Assembly (NCBI GenBank): GCA_051294375.1
Contig: JBJCIZ010000239.1
Location: 3,113,476 to 3,177,475 of the forward strand
Direction: 5' to 3'
Source of the DNA: Paraspadella gotoi
Taxonomy: Eukaryota; Animalia; Chaetognatha
DNA: 64,000 nucleotides
The notes beneath the pieces are model-generated. The model saw only the letters and a list, made by a program, of their open reading frames with translations. It did no database searches and was not told the DNA's origin. A program made the translations under genes and the position numbers. Shown piece by piece: positions 52,165 through 64,000 of the stretch (its first letter is position 1; the number at the start of each line of letters is the position of its first letter).

Positions 52165-53322
52165 CTGTCTGATCATTACTTTTTAAATTGTGCGTCTTAG
52201 TTATTCCGAAGAATTTCTACTCGAACAAGACGCTTCTTCTCGGCCTAAAATGAAAACACTCCATATTTATTTCTGAACAATTGATATTTTATTTCAAAAT
52301 TCGTTGTTTCCAACAATTGAAAACTTTACATATAGAACCGCCGAAATTTGGTATGGACTATTGATATGTGAATTTGAGTAATTCTGTGCAGAAAAAAAAG
52401 CCAAAGGCATTTTGTATTAGATATTAGAATATATATAGAAACAACAATCTCAGAATTGATGAATATCAAATCATTATTTATAATTATATTTTCCTTCTTC
52501 TCCTGCTTTTACCTCTTCACATCTTTGTAGGACAACCTAATCCATTCCACCAATTTTTTACTCATTGCACCCCTTCCCTCCCTAACTCCTCTCCTCTTTC
52601 CTCTCCTACCACCTTCCCCCTCCTCTTCCCCCTCTCTCTAAACGCCAGACCGCATGTCGCCACCGCCCGTATCCACGTTACCGACGCTTGCGAACATCGA
52701 GCGACGATGCGCCGACGATATTTCTCTCTCGGCAAACGGAATCGGCGACCGAGCGATCCGAAGCGTCAATTCGTCCGGAAAGAACACGACGACTCAATTA
52801 CGAATTCATTAAGAGGAGAGAAGAGAGAGAGAGAGAGAGAGAGAAGAGAGAGAGAAGAGAGAGAGGAGAGAGAGAGAGAGGAGAGAGGAGAGAGAAGAAA
52901 CAAGGCTGTCCAATCACGTCCGCATTACGAGCTGAATCTGAATTAATTTGAGATTTTGCGTTTCGTAGTTTCGAGTCAAATCTTGTCGTGGTCAAACATT
53001 GTCGGGAAGGGGTCAGAACTGGTCGAGGAAGAACTTCATGGTCATTTCAAGATAAGCAAAAGAGAGATAGGCGCTTAAAAGTGAGCTGAAGAACAACTTG
53101 CCCTAACCTCTGAACCAATGTTCGTAAGAATTAGAACGGTTCAGAACCAAGCTTGCTTTTATTCCATATAAATGTCTTCTATCGCTTGTTCCGGGCGCTT
53201 GCTTAGCTTAGCTCGCACATCGGAAAAACTCCTTTCCGGGTTGAACACCATTTGGGGTCGATTTTGGTCAAACGGAGTTCGGAACGACATTTCTGGCAAT
53301 GAAGATACGCCCCCGCGAAGAG

Positions 53323-53364
<42 letters not shown>

Positions 53365-55435
53365 GAGAGAGAGAGATGAGAGAGAAGAGAGGAGAGAGAG
53401 AGAGAGGTCAGCGCATCTTTCCCCGGTTCCCACAGTGGGAGGAACATGGTGCCGCCCGCGACAGAAGATTCCTCTCCTCCTCTCCTCCTCCTCCTCTCCC
53501 TCCTCCTCCTCTCCTCTCTTTCCCTGCACTGTCTTTCACGCGAATCTTCTTTTTCGCATCTCAATTACATCCGGGACACCAACGGGGTGTTTCCCCATAT
53601 CCGGATCATTTACATCCGGGGCTTTACGTTGTCTCGGAGCGATCAATTACATCCGGCATTCGACGGGTCCTTTCTCTCACGGGGTCCCGGATTGTTCGCT
53701 CCGAAAGATCAAAAAGAAATAGAACTGCGTTTCAAACGTGACAGATAAATGTTCATTATACAAAGGGCATAGTATTTAATTAAAATTGAGCCTATTGCCG
53801 AATTTTAGTTGTACCTTAGCCCTCTGATTAATTCCATTTCAAAGTTTTAAAAATTCTTTAGTGAAGGTTTGATTGTGTTATTAATATTTATTTATTAATA
53901 TATATCATATTATATTATATTATATATTATAATAATAATATCTCTCAAAAAGAAATAGGTGCCTTCAAAACCATCATGGTCCCGCTCAAAGTTTGCCTTA
54001 TCGAATGAATAGATTATTGTTTTGTATAAGTGTTATATATTAGATATTAGACATTACTTCATATTATTAGTATTATTAGTTCTATTCTCCAAATCGATTA
54101 AATTATTTTTGCCGTAATATTCACTTCAACGGGAATCGACTAATAAACCCGGGAAACTGGTGCCAAGAATTCTCAGTTATATTAGGCACGATTGCGCGAT
54201 ATATATAAAAAAAAGGGGCGGGGTGTTTTTACTTTAGACCTTTTTTTTTTTTTTGAAATTTCCCGCCACACAAGAATTATTCTCGCTAAACCGGATATTT
54301 ATTATTCGCTAACCGGATATTATTCGCTCCGAGAAAATTCGTAAATTAGCGAATGAGGATTAGGGAATTTTGTCCTAGGTGATAATAGGTGGTGGCTTAT
54401 AAATCGAGCCCTCTGTGTAATATTACTGATTTGGCAGGTGGAATGAGGAGTTAGGGAATTTTGCAGGTGTGCTTATAATTCGAGCCTTCTGTGTATATAC
54501 TGATGGCAGGTGCGAATGAGGAGTAGGGAATTGCAGGGGTGGTGCTTTATAGACTTCGAGCCGTCTGTGCCCCCCCCCCATTTCGCTGTGGTTCCGTTCA
54601 GGTGGAGATGATTATGAATAAAACCTGAATCGCCAATTTAATTTATGGTTGGTTGCATGCGGCGCTATCGAGTAGTGAGAATGAGTGTGAGAGATGAGAG
54701 GAGAGAGAGAGAGGAAGGAGAAGAAGAGAAGAGAGAGAGAGAGCTCAATGAAAAAAAAAAAAAGACCAAATGGCCCCAAGGAGAAGACTAAGTCGAACTG
54801 AAGAGCCAATATTTCAGCGTGATTTATTTCGATTTTTACTTAAGATTTTTTTTTTTTTCGCTCCGAGGAAAAACAGGAAACTACTTTATCGGAGGATAAA
54901 AGAATACTTGGACGTGCGCGGGAGGGACAAGGGAGAGAGAGGCGCGAGAGATTATATCTTAATTTTCCGTGAATTTCTGCCTGACTGCGCAGATAACTAT
55001 TTGCCGATTTCAAATTTCTAGATAACTCTCCTGCGTTCAGAATAAAGAAAAAGAGTAGAAATTAGTGTAGAGTAAGAGATGGAGTGAGTGTAGAGGACGA
55101 GAGGAGGAGAGAGAGATGAGAGGAGAGGGAGAGAGGAGGAATTTTAGAGAGAGAGAGAAGAGAGACGAGAGAAGAAGAGACGAGATATTGAGAGCGAGAG
55201 AGATATGAGAGCGTGAGTTATACCGACCTGAATTGCGCCGGTTCAGAATGCCGGGTGAGGTGTTGGCAGCGGTGCGGTGTGGATCGCGTGGTGTCGATTC
55301 TAATATTGTATTTGAGGATTGAATAAATTAGATATATTAACTGTCTGATCATTACTTTAAAATTGTGTCTGTCTTAGTTATTCCGAAAGAATTTCTTATT
55401 CGAAAACAAGACGCTTCGTTTCTCGGCCTTAAAAT
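49248..55435 (+). repeat. ~3 kb direct tandem duplication (gapped copy 49248-52250, noisy ungapped copy 52251-55435)
   Basis: Each sequenced island of copy 1 recurs in order in copy 2: tgaaaacactccatattt, gggaatcgactaataaaccc, ctgtctgatcattacttt...cggcct(t)aaaat. Confidence 0.9.
54348..54570 (+). repeat. ~65-70 bp tandem repeat, about 3 copies
   Basis: gaatgaggagtagggaatt...gcttata..tcgagcc.tctgtg recurs three times. Confidence 0.7.
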
Positions 55436-55989
55436 CCATAACACAAAATAGGGATCGAGACAGACTCACAATGAAGAGTTTTATTATGAGAGAGAGAGAG
55501 AGTGAAGAGAGAGAGAGTTAGGAGAGAATATATATTAGGATGAGAGAAGAGAGAGAGAGAAGAGTGAGAGATTGACGAGAGAAGANNNNNNNNNNNNNNN
55601 NNNNNNNNNNGAGAGAGAGAGAGAGCGAGTCGACGATCGAAAAATCTCCGAATTTCTTCACGAGATTCAATTGAATCTTTTGATTGAATTGAATTCGACT
55701 AAATGAATCAACTCCACGTGTGAAGGGATTAAAAATAATAAAGCTGACGAAAATGATGATGTTGATGTTGATGATGACGAAAATGATGATGTTAGGCCAG
55801 CGAAATTATAGAAAAGTTTAGCTTTTTTTTTAAATGGAAAAAATTTACCTTTTATTACATACAAACAAAGAAAAAATGGCAGGATGAAGGAAATACTATA
55901 CGTATGCGTCCGAGTTAAGTAAGTATAATGTATGTAATTTTTTTTCTAGTGCATTTGTTGCATTATTCTCTTGAACGTCGTCTTCGTTT

Positions 55990-56021
<32 letters not shown>

Positions 56022-56199
56022 TTCGTCGTCGTCTTTGTCGTCGTCGTCGTCGTCGTCTTTGTCGTCGTCTTCGTCGTCGTCTTCGTCGTCGTCTTTGTCG
56101 TCGTTCTTGTCGAAGTCGTTGACGAAAGGGAAAAATTAGCGATGTTATTGAATATCAGATATTCACAATTGGTTCAAGATGATCCCAGGGGCCTTGACG

Positions 56200-56236
<37 letters not shown>

Positions 56237-56279
56237 NNNNNNNNNNNNNNNNNNNNNNNNNAAAGAGAAAGATAATAAT

Positions 56280-56653
56280 GTCACTAATGGGCCGTATTGT
56301 TCTAACCCATTACAAAAAATCTTGAACAAATTAGTTTAAACTTTAATAATATTAATAATAATATATATATATAAACTCATATTATCATTAGTATATAACT
56401 CAAGAACCTGCGTTGGGTTGTCTTATGTTTTTGGAAGTTAATTTGGGGGGGGAGGCAGAAGGAGCTTGTTGGCATAAGCTCTCCTCTCTCTCTCCTCTCC
56501 TCTCCTTCATCTCTTCTCTTCTCTCTCTCTGTCTCTCTTCTCTCCCTCTTTCATCGATTTCTCTTCTCTTTTTCGGTGCGCACCAAAAATAAATTAAAGC
56601 GATTAAACCCTATTCCGATCCTTAATTGAAGTTCCTCTGTGACGAGTGTGCAA

Positions 56654-56695
<42 letters not shown>

Positions 56696-59600
56696 TCGTC
56701 GTCGTCGTCGGTCGTGCCGTCGGCTCCGAACGGGCGGCGTCGCACAGATTCTCGACCCGACCCACCATCTTCTCTCGGTTTCGCCTTAATCCTCTTCCAT
56801 AACGGGAGATTTTAGAGAGAGAGAGAGAAAGAGGAGAAGAAAAGAGAGAGAGAGGGAAAGAAAAAGAGAGAGGATCCCAAGGAGGCGTGTAAACGTAAAA
56901 ATTAAATCACCATATTTTTATTATTTAGTAATATCTTCCCTTTGCTCCGGCTTTCACTTCTCGTGAATGACTCGCACTGTGGTGAATCAAATTCAGATCC
57001 CCAAAAAAAAAAATCGTTATTTTTATAAAAAATCATCATATATTGAACGTCAGGGTTTGAAAAAGAAAAATCTGTGAAATATAACATAGAAATAACAACG
57101 GATGTCATTCGCCCGTTCACATATAAATTCTTTACATTATCATTATTAAATACTACACTTTCTTTTTCACTCCATATCAGTTTTAAATAATCTCTAGATA
57201 TATTCCCATAAATTTTTTTTTCATATATAAATAACAACCACAACTATAACCAGCCTCTATTTCCACACATTCATTCCACACTCACACCCCTTTCCACTAA
57301 TACAACATATCACTTTCCATTTCTTCTCTGGTCTTCTTATATCTATCTACACACTCTTCTCAGAAGACACAAAAAAACATCACATGAAAATCCACGCAAA
57401 ATAAGAAATGAAAGAAAAATTCTGCCGGTTCACACTGATCGAACCTCGGTTTTAATTCTTCTCGTCGTCATCATCGTCGTCATCCATCAGTCGTCATCAT
57501 CGTCGTTCATCATCGTCGTCATATCGTCTTCATCATCGTCGTCATCATCGTCTTATCATCGTCTTCTGTCATCATTTCTTCATTGTCGTCTTCACGTTTG
57601 TCGTTCATGACATCGTCTATCTTCATCGTCTTTCATCTCGTCATCATCATCACTTCATCATCGTCTTCATCATCGTCTTCATCATCCGATATATATATAA
57701 TATATATCGTCTTCTTCATATCTTCATCATCGTCTTCATCATGAGAGATCTTCACTACTACAGTGACTACAAATCATCGTCTTCATCATCGTCTTCATCA
57801 TCGTCGTCATCATCCGTCTACCTCATCATCGTCTTCATCATCGTCCGTCATCATCGTCTTGCATCATCGTCGTATCAATTCGCTTCATTATCGTCTTCTT
57901 CATCATCTTTCTTTCATTGTCGTTCTTCATCGTTGTATATCATCATCGTCTTCTTCATCGTCCTTCATCATCGTCATCATCATCACTTCATCATCCAGAT
58001 ATATACACTACTTAGAGTCTTCATCATCGATATATATATATGTCTTCTTCATCATCTTCATCATCGTCTTCATCAATCGTCTTCATCATCCGACCATTCA
58101 TCATCACACCGTCGTATCATCGTCTTCAATCATGATATATATATCAGGAGTAGACAACATCGTCTTCATCATCGTTTCATAATCGTCGTCATACATACAG
58201 CTCCACGAGATACACAATCTCGTCTTATCTCGTGCTTCATCATCGTCGTGCATCATCGTCTTCATCATCGTCTCCATCACGTCTAATATATATCATCGTC
58301 TTCATCATCAAATTCATCATGCGTCTTCATCATCGTCTTCATTATCGTCTTCATCATCGTCTTCATAAAACGTCTTCATTATCGTCTTCTCTATCATCTT
58401 CATCATCGTCTCATCATCATAACTTCATCATCGTCGTCAATAGATTCACATCACCATAACGTCTTCATCATAGTCGTCACATGTCTATCATCACAGATAT
58501 ACTTCATCATCCGTCGTCCAATCATCGTCGTCATCATCGTTTCATCATCGTCTTCATCGTCGTCTTCAAATACCACACACACATAGCATCTTCATCGTCG
58601 TCTTCATCATCGTTTCATCATCGTCTTCATCATGTCTTCATCATGCATAAAAGATATACACATCCGTCTTCATCATCGCATCATCATCATCTCTCATCAA
58701 TCGTTTCATCGTCATCAATACCATCGTCTTCATGCATCGTCTCATTCATCGTCTTCAATCATCGTCTTCATGCATCGTCTTCATCATCACCGTCATCATC
58801 GTCTCTCATCATCGTCTTCATCATCGTCTTCACATCATCGTTTCATCATCGGTCTTCATCATCGTCTTCTCATGTCTTCATCATCGTCGTCATCAATCGT
58901 CTTCATCATCGTCGTCATCAACATCAGACTATTACACACCATCGACATCTTATAGATACATATACATCGTCTTCATCATCGTCTTCATCATCGGGTCTTC
59001 ATCATCGTCTTTCATATATTCGTCTTCTTTTACATATCATCATGTCTTTCATCATCGTCTTCATCATTCGGTCGTCCTACAATCCAGCAACTCAATAATC
59101 GTCCCCACTTCATCATCCGGTCGTCATCATCGTCTTCATCATGTCTTATCTGTCGTCATCAATCGTCGTCATCATCGTTTCATCATCGTTTCATCGTCGC
59201 CTTCATCATACAGGTCTATCGTCGTACCTTCATCAATCGTCTTCATCATCCCGTCTTCATCAATCGATCTTCATCATACATCCACAAGTCATCATCGTCT
59301 TCATAACATGTCACATCATAACACATCTACATCATCGTCTTCATCGTCACTCCACTTCCATCACGTCCTTCATCGTCGTATATCATCATCGAGCTTTCAC
59401 TATAAGTATATCATCATCTCCTGTCTTTCATCATCGCCTTCATCATCGGTCCTTATATCATCAGTGTCATCTCTGTCGTCATCATCGTCTTCATACGCTA
59501 TCCCCATTCATCATCTGTCTTCATCTTGTCTTCAATCATCGTCTTTCATATCAGACGGTCATCATCGATCCCGATCTCGGTCTTCGATATCATCGTCTTC

Positions 59601-61571
59601 ATCATCGTCTCTTAAGTCTGATCATCGTCGTACTCATCATCGTCCTTCATCATCGTCGTCATCATGATCTTCATCATCGTTCTTCATCGATCTCATCTCG
59701 TCTTCATCGTCGTCTTCATCATCTGCGTCTCAATATAGATTATATCAATTCAGTCTTCCATCATCCGTCTCTCATCAGTCTTCATCATCGTCTTCATCAC
59801 GTCTATCAAATCGTTATCAATCGCACGTCATTCACGTCTTCATATCTGTTTCATCATCGTCGTCATCATCCGTCGTCATCATCGCTTCATCATCGTTCTT
59901 CATCATCGTCTTCATCATCGTCTTCATCATCGTCTTCATCATCTCTCATCTATCGTCTTCATCATCATCTCATCGTGATATCGTCGTCCATACATCTACA
60001 GTCTTCATCATCCGTCTTCATCACGTTCTTATCATCGGTCTTTCATCATCAGTCTTCATCATCTCTTCATCATCGTCTCTCCATCCATCAGTCCGTCTTA
60101 TCAATCGTTCTATACTGTCTTCATCATCGTCTTCATCATCGTCTATCATCAATCGTCTCACATCGTCTTCATCATCGTCGTCATATTATCTCACAATCGA
60201 CTTCAAAATCCATCCGTCTTCACTCTCGCTTTTATTTTATATTTTCATTTCTTATACTTTTTGCTTGAGAGAAGAGAGGACTCTCTCTCTCTCTCTCTCT
60301 CTCAAGCAAAAAGTAATTCTCGTTCGAAGGAAGAAATGAAAATATAAAATGGACAAACGGAGGATGAAGACGATGATGAAGTCGATGATGAAGACGATGA
60401 TGNNNNNNNNNNNNNNNNNNNNNNNNNNNNNNNNNNNNNNNNNNNNNNNNNNNNNNNNNNNNNNNNNNNNNNNNNNNNNNNNNNNNNNNNNNNNNNNNNN
60501 NNNNNNNNNNNNNNNNNNNNNNNNNNNNNNNNNNNNNNNNNNNNNNNNNNNNNNNNNNNNNNNNNNNNNNNNNNNNNNNNNNNNNNNNNNNNNNNNNNNN
60601 NNNNNNNNNACGATGATGAAGACGATGATGAAGATGATGATGATGATGATGATGATGAAGACGATGAAGAAGACGATGATGATGAAGACAACGATGAAGA
60701 CGACAATGAAGAAGATGATGAAGACGATGATGAAGACGACGATGAAGTCGATGATGAAGACGATGATGACGATGATGATGAAGACGATGATGNNNNNNNN
60801 NNNNNNNNNNNNNNNNNNNNNNNNNNNNNNNNNNNNNNNNNNNNNNNNNNNNNNNNNNNNNNNNNNNNNNNNNNNNNNNNNNNNNNNNNNNNNNNNNNNN
60901 NNNNNNNNNNNNNNNNNNNNNNNNNNNNNNNNNNNNNNNNNNNNNNNNNNNNNNNNNNNNNNNNNNNNNNNNNNNNNNNNNNNNNNNNNNNNNNNNNNNN
61001 NNNNNNNNNNNNNNNNNNNNNNNNNNNNNNNNNNNNNNNNNNNNNNNNNNNNNNNNNNNNNNNNNNNNNNNNNNNNNNNNNNNNNNNNNNNNNNNNAATT
61101 TAAACTGAAAGGAAAGAAATTCGGAAAAAAAAAATGTGTAGTTAAAATAATGAATGGTAAAGAAAATTATAGGAAACGGGTCGGAGGACAACCGAGTGTC
61201 TATGGTGAAATATTCACAGATTTTCTTTTTTTCACATTCAAACACCTGACGTCAAATGAAAGGTACGTAAAATGAATCACAGAAGAAATAATAACGATTT
61301 TTTTTTTTGGGGATCTGAATTTGATTCACAATCGAGTCATTCACGAAGAAGTGAAAGCCGGAGCAAAGAGGAAGATATTACTAAATAATAAAAATATGGT
61401 GATTTTAATGTTTTAACGTGCTACACGCCTCGTTGGGGATCCCTCTCTCTTTTTCTTTCCCTCTCTCTCTCTTCTCTCTTCTCTCTCTCTTTCTCTCTCT
61501 CTCTCTAAAATCTCCCGTGATGGAAGAGGATTAAGCGAAACCGGAGAAGATGGTGGGTCGGTCGAGAATTG

Positions 61572-61608
<37 letters not shown>

Positions 61609-61737
61609 AGAACGACTGACGAGACGACGGTTGCAACGACTCGTCACCAGAAGAGACTCAATAGAGGAGGCGGAATAGGTTAATCGCTTAATTTGGTCGC
61701 ACCGAAGAAAGAGAGAGAATAATGATAAGAGAGGGAG

Positions 61738-61813
<76 letters not shown>

Positions 61814-62020
61814 AGTTATTGCCAACAAGCTCCTTCTGCCTTCACCGCCCCCCAAATTAAATCTTCCAAAACATAAGGAAACCCGACGCAGTTTCTGAGT
61901 TTTATTATATAAGATATATATGAGTTTTATATATATATATTATTATTATATATTATTAAAGTTTAAACTAATTTGTTCAAGATTTTTGTAATGGTTATGA
62001 ACAGATAAGGCCATAGTGAC
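56280..62020. repeat. Fold-back inverted repeat centred near 60280; probable chimeric-read artefact
   Basis: 56280-57080 is the reverse complement of 61240-62020; (tcttcatcatcg)n faces (cgatgatgaaga)n; the centre reads tactttttgcttgagag...ctctcaagcaaaaagta. Confidence 0.88.
57460..60792. repeat. Degenerate 12 bp satellite (TCTTCATCATCG)n and its complement
   Basis: Seen directly; source of the long His/Arg/Ser/Ile-rich ORFs. Confidence 0.92.
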
Positions 62021-63283
62021 ATATTTTCCTACAGTATTCAGTCCACTCTTTCTATTTTGTATCTTAATAAAATTTTCAAGGCTCCACCACCTTCCTTTAT
62101 TTAATGTTGTCATTCTACTACAAACCTCTTTATGTTACGTTATGTTAAGTTATGTTATTCCAAATCTTCTCCTAACTTCTTTGATGTTCTAAACGTTATT
62201 CCAAATTTTCAGCCAGTCTCATTCTTGCTTTGCACGTTCCGCCATCGTCTCATCCACGTGAATCTTTGTCGAATGTTTTTCTTTCCGGCGGATAATCCGG
62301 CGGATTTTTCCGGCGACGGCTTCTCTCGGCTTTTGAGGTAAACAAACAACTTTACGAGGAAAACAAAACAAAAGACGTCAACGTCCAACGACGACCGCGT
62401 TCAGCGCCATCTTGCGACCACAAACCACGTAGTGAGCTCATCTCGTGACCGCGCCCTTTCCAAACCTCCTTCTTGAAGGTGCACGCCCAATTTCAGGGAA
62501 ATAAAAATATTCCCTGCCGAAACCACGCCCTACCCAAATTCGGAGTAAAAACCGACAAAGACCTCTGACGGGAAGAAGAGAAAACGAAAATAAAACGACA
62601 ACACGGAATCTTAGAAACGAATGGTCGTACATGTTAAGAGTCTTAATCGCGTTAGTATTTTCCGCAATTATCATCTTTTCTGTGAAAGAAGGCCTGGCCC
62701 TCTGTCGACGTTAAAAAAAGAGTAGAAACAAATGACATTTTTTGAGAAGATCGTCCGTTGCAATTGACATTTTCGTCCTATTATCCTAGTATCTCATGTT
62801 TCAAAATTTAAGTTGCCCCTTCCTCGCCCATAATCTATATCTCTCTATTCGTATCTCTCTCTATCTCTCTCTGTGATAAAGATCGAGGATCCCGTTCGTT
62901 ACGTCGACGTCGCACGTGCCTTTGTTGACGAGAAGTCGGAAGGATGAGGTAAAGAGGAAGATTTGGCGTCGTTGGGGATTAATCGGGGATTAATTGGGGA
63001 AGAATTGGAGACTCATGGGAAAGGGAAGAGAAATAGAGAGAGAGAGAGAGAGTGAGAAATCGATATTCGATATTCGTTCGCAGTTCTAATTCGTTCTCTT
63101 ATTTTACTCATCAAGATTTCACTATATTTGATAAATTGAGATTAAAATCGATCAAAGGGATATACTTGCAACAAACGACCATCGATAGGCAGAAGTTTGA
63201 ATTTTATTTCAAAACAACTTTCAACGATGAAATAACAAAATTGAATAACGAATGAAATAACAAATTGAAACAACAATACAAAA

Positions 63284-63428
63284 TTACGTTGGACATCTTA
63301 AACAGCATGTTCCATCAATTATCACCGTTCTTGTCGCCACCAATCGTTTCCAGAATACAATTGCCAAGTCCGGCCTCGTCCGTTCCAAGTGTCTCCACGA
63401 TTCCGTCGCGTATATTTCTCGAAAGTTC
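63284..63428 (-). CDS. Probable terminal exon of a BTB/POZ (SPOP-like) protein; upstream exons not found, probably beyond the window edge
   Basis: Acceptor gtttgcag|; the phase-2 frame reads NFREIYATESWRHLERTRPDLAIVF..., resembling the C-terminal helix of SPOP-like BTB proteins (pattern NF.E...T..W..L....P.L, from recall). Confidence 0.5.
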
Positions 63429-64000
63429 CTGCAAACGGCAATTTTTTTTTATTCATTTTTTCATTCATTCATTCATTTATTCATTCATTTATTCTTTTTT
63501 TTAATATATTACTATTAGACTAGACGCAAACGCCCTCACAAGAGCGGTAGTCTACCAAATTCAAATTTTAATGGGAACAGTATTTAAACGAATCCATTAT
63601 TGATATTCGTTATTGTGTTAAAATACTCTTTTGCAAAAAATGTTCGGAACCATGAGTATTTCGCAAATTAAAATTATTATATTGCTATATGATGTAAAAT
63701 TTTTTTTTAATTGATTCTGATAGAGCTCAAAAAGTTAAGCAATAAATGTAATTACAACTTTTTTGAAATTTTGATGTTTTATTACTGAAAATTAACAAAA
63801 ATTGCTAAAATCATCGGATGATGATGATGAGGATGAATTTTTTCAGGTTTTTTCCTAATTTTAACCAACTTGCCATCAAAATATTGCAAATTTTATATTG
63901 TGTAGACAATTTTTTATAAGCAATCTGCATCTGCTTTTAAAAATATAAAATTCAAAAATATTTTTTTGACATTTTATATCTATAAATAATAGTAGAAGAG

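Noticed and set aside
48260-52186. Long ORFs in the ORF track
   Set aside because: Artefacts of translating N gaps
57741-61275. His/Ser/Ile-rich ORFs up to 375 aa
   Set aside because: Translations of a degenerate 12 bp satellite in a probably artefactual arm
62200-62560. AAGATGGCG (YY1-like/start context) on the - strand
   Set aside because: Downstream frames close within about 10-15 codons and no gene model could be built

Overview
Draft-assembly window from a microsatellite-rich, CpG-rich animal genome, most likely an invertebrate bilaterian. The one clearly recognisable gene is a complete two-exon Zic/odd-paired transcription factor (+, 2847-3939 joined to 11529-12490, 684 aa). It carries ZOC, ZF-NC, five C2H2 fingers, the conserved phase-1 intron and the C-terminal EWYV motif. 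Downstream is a cluster of four spliced Cys-rich cell-surface genes that the ORF track shows only as fragments and that I reconstructed by hand. Two are tandem paralogues of a small 8-Cys secreted, probably GPI-anchored protein of a family I do not recognise (+, 18184-18922 and 19630-20861). Two are paralogous type-I membrane proteins with a three-finger (Ly6/uPAR or TGF-beta-receptor-ectodomain-like) domain, a TM helix and no kinase (-, 25707-23565 and 28525-27220). Repeats include a TA-flanked Tc1/mariner-type MITE, a tandem pair of SINE-like units, a ~250 bp interspersed element and several minisatellites. A probable terminal exon of a BTB/SPOP-like gene lies at the right end. Much of 35.7-62 kb consists of indel-riddled duplicates (a 6.3 kb inverted copy, a 3 kb tandem copy and a fold-back palindrome) that look like long-read or gap-filling artefacts. 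Gene models are manual and unverified by transcript data or database searches.
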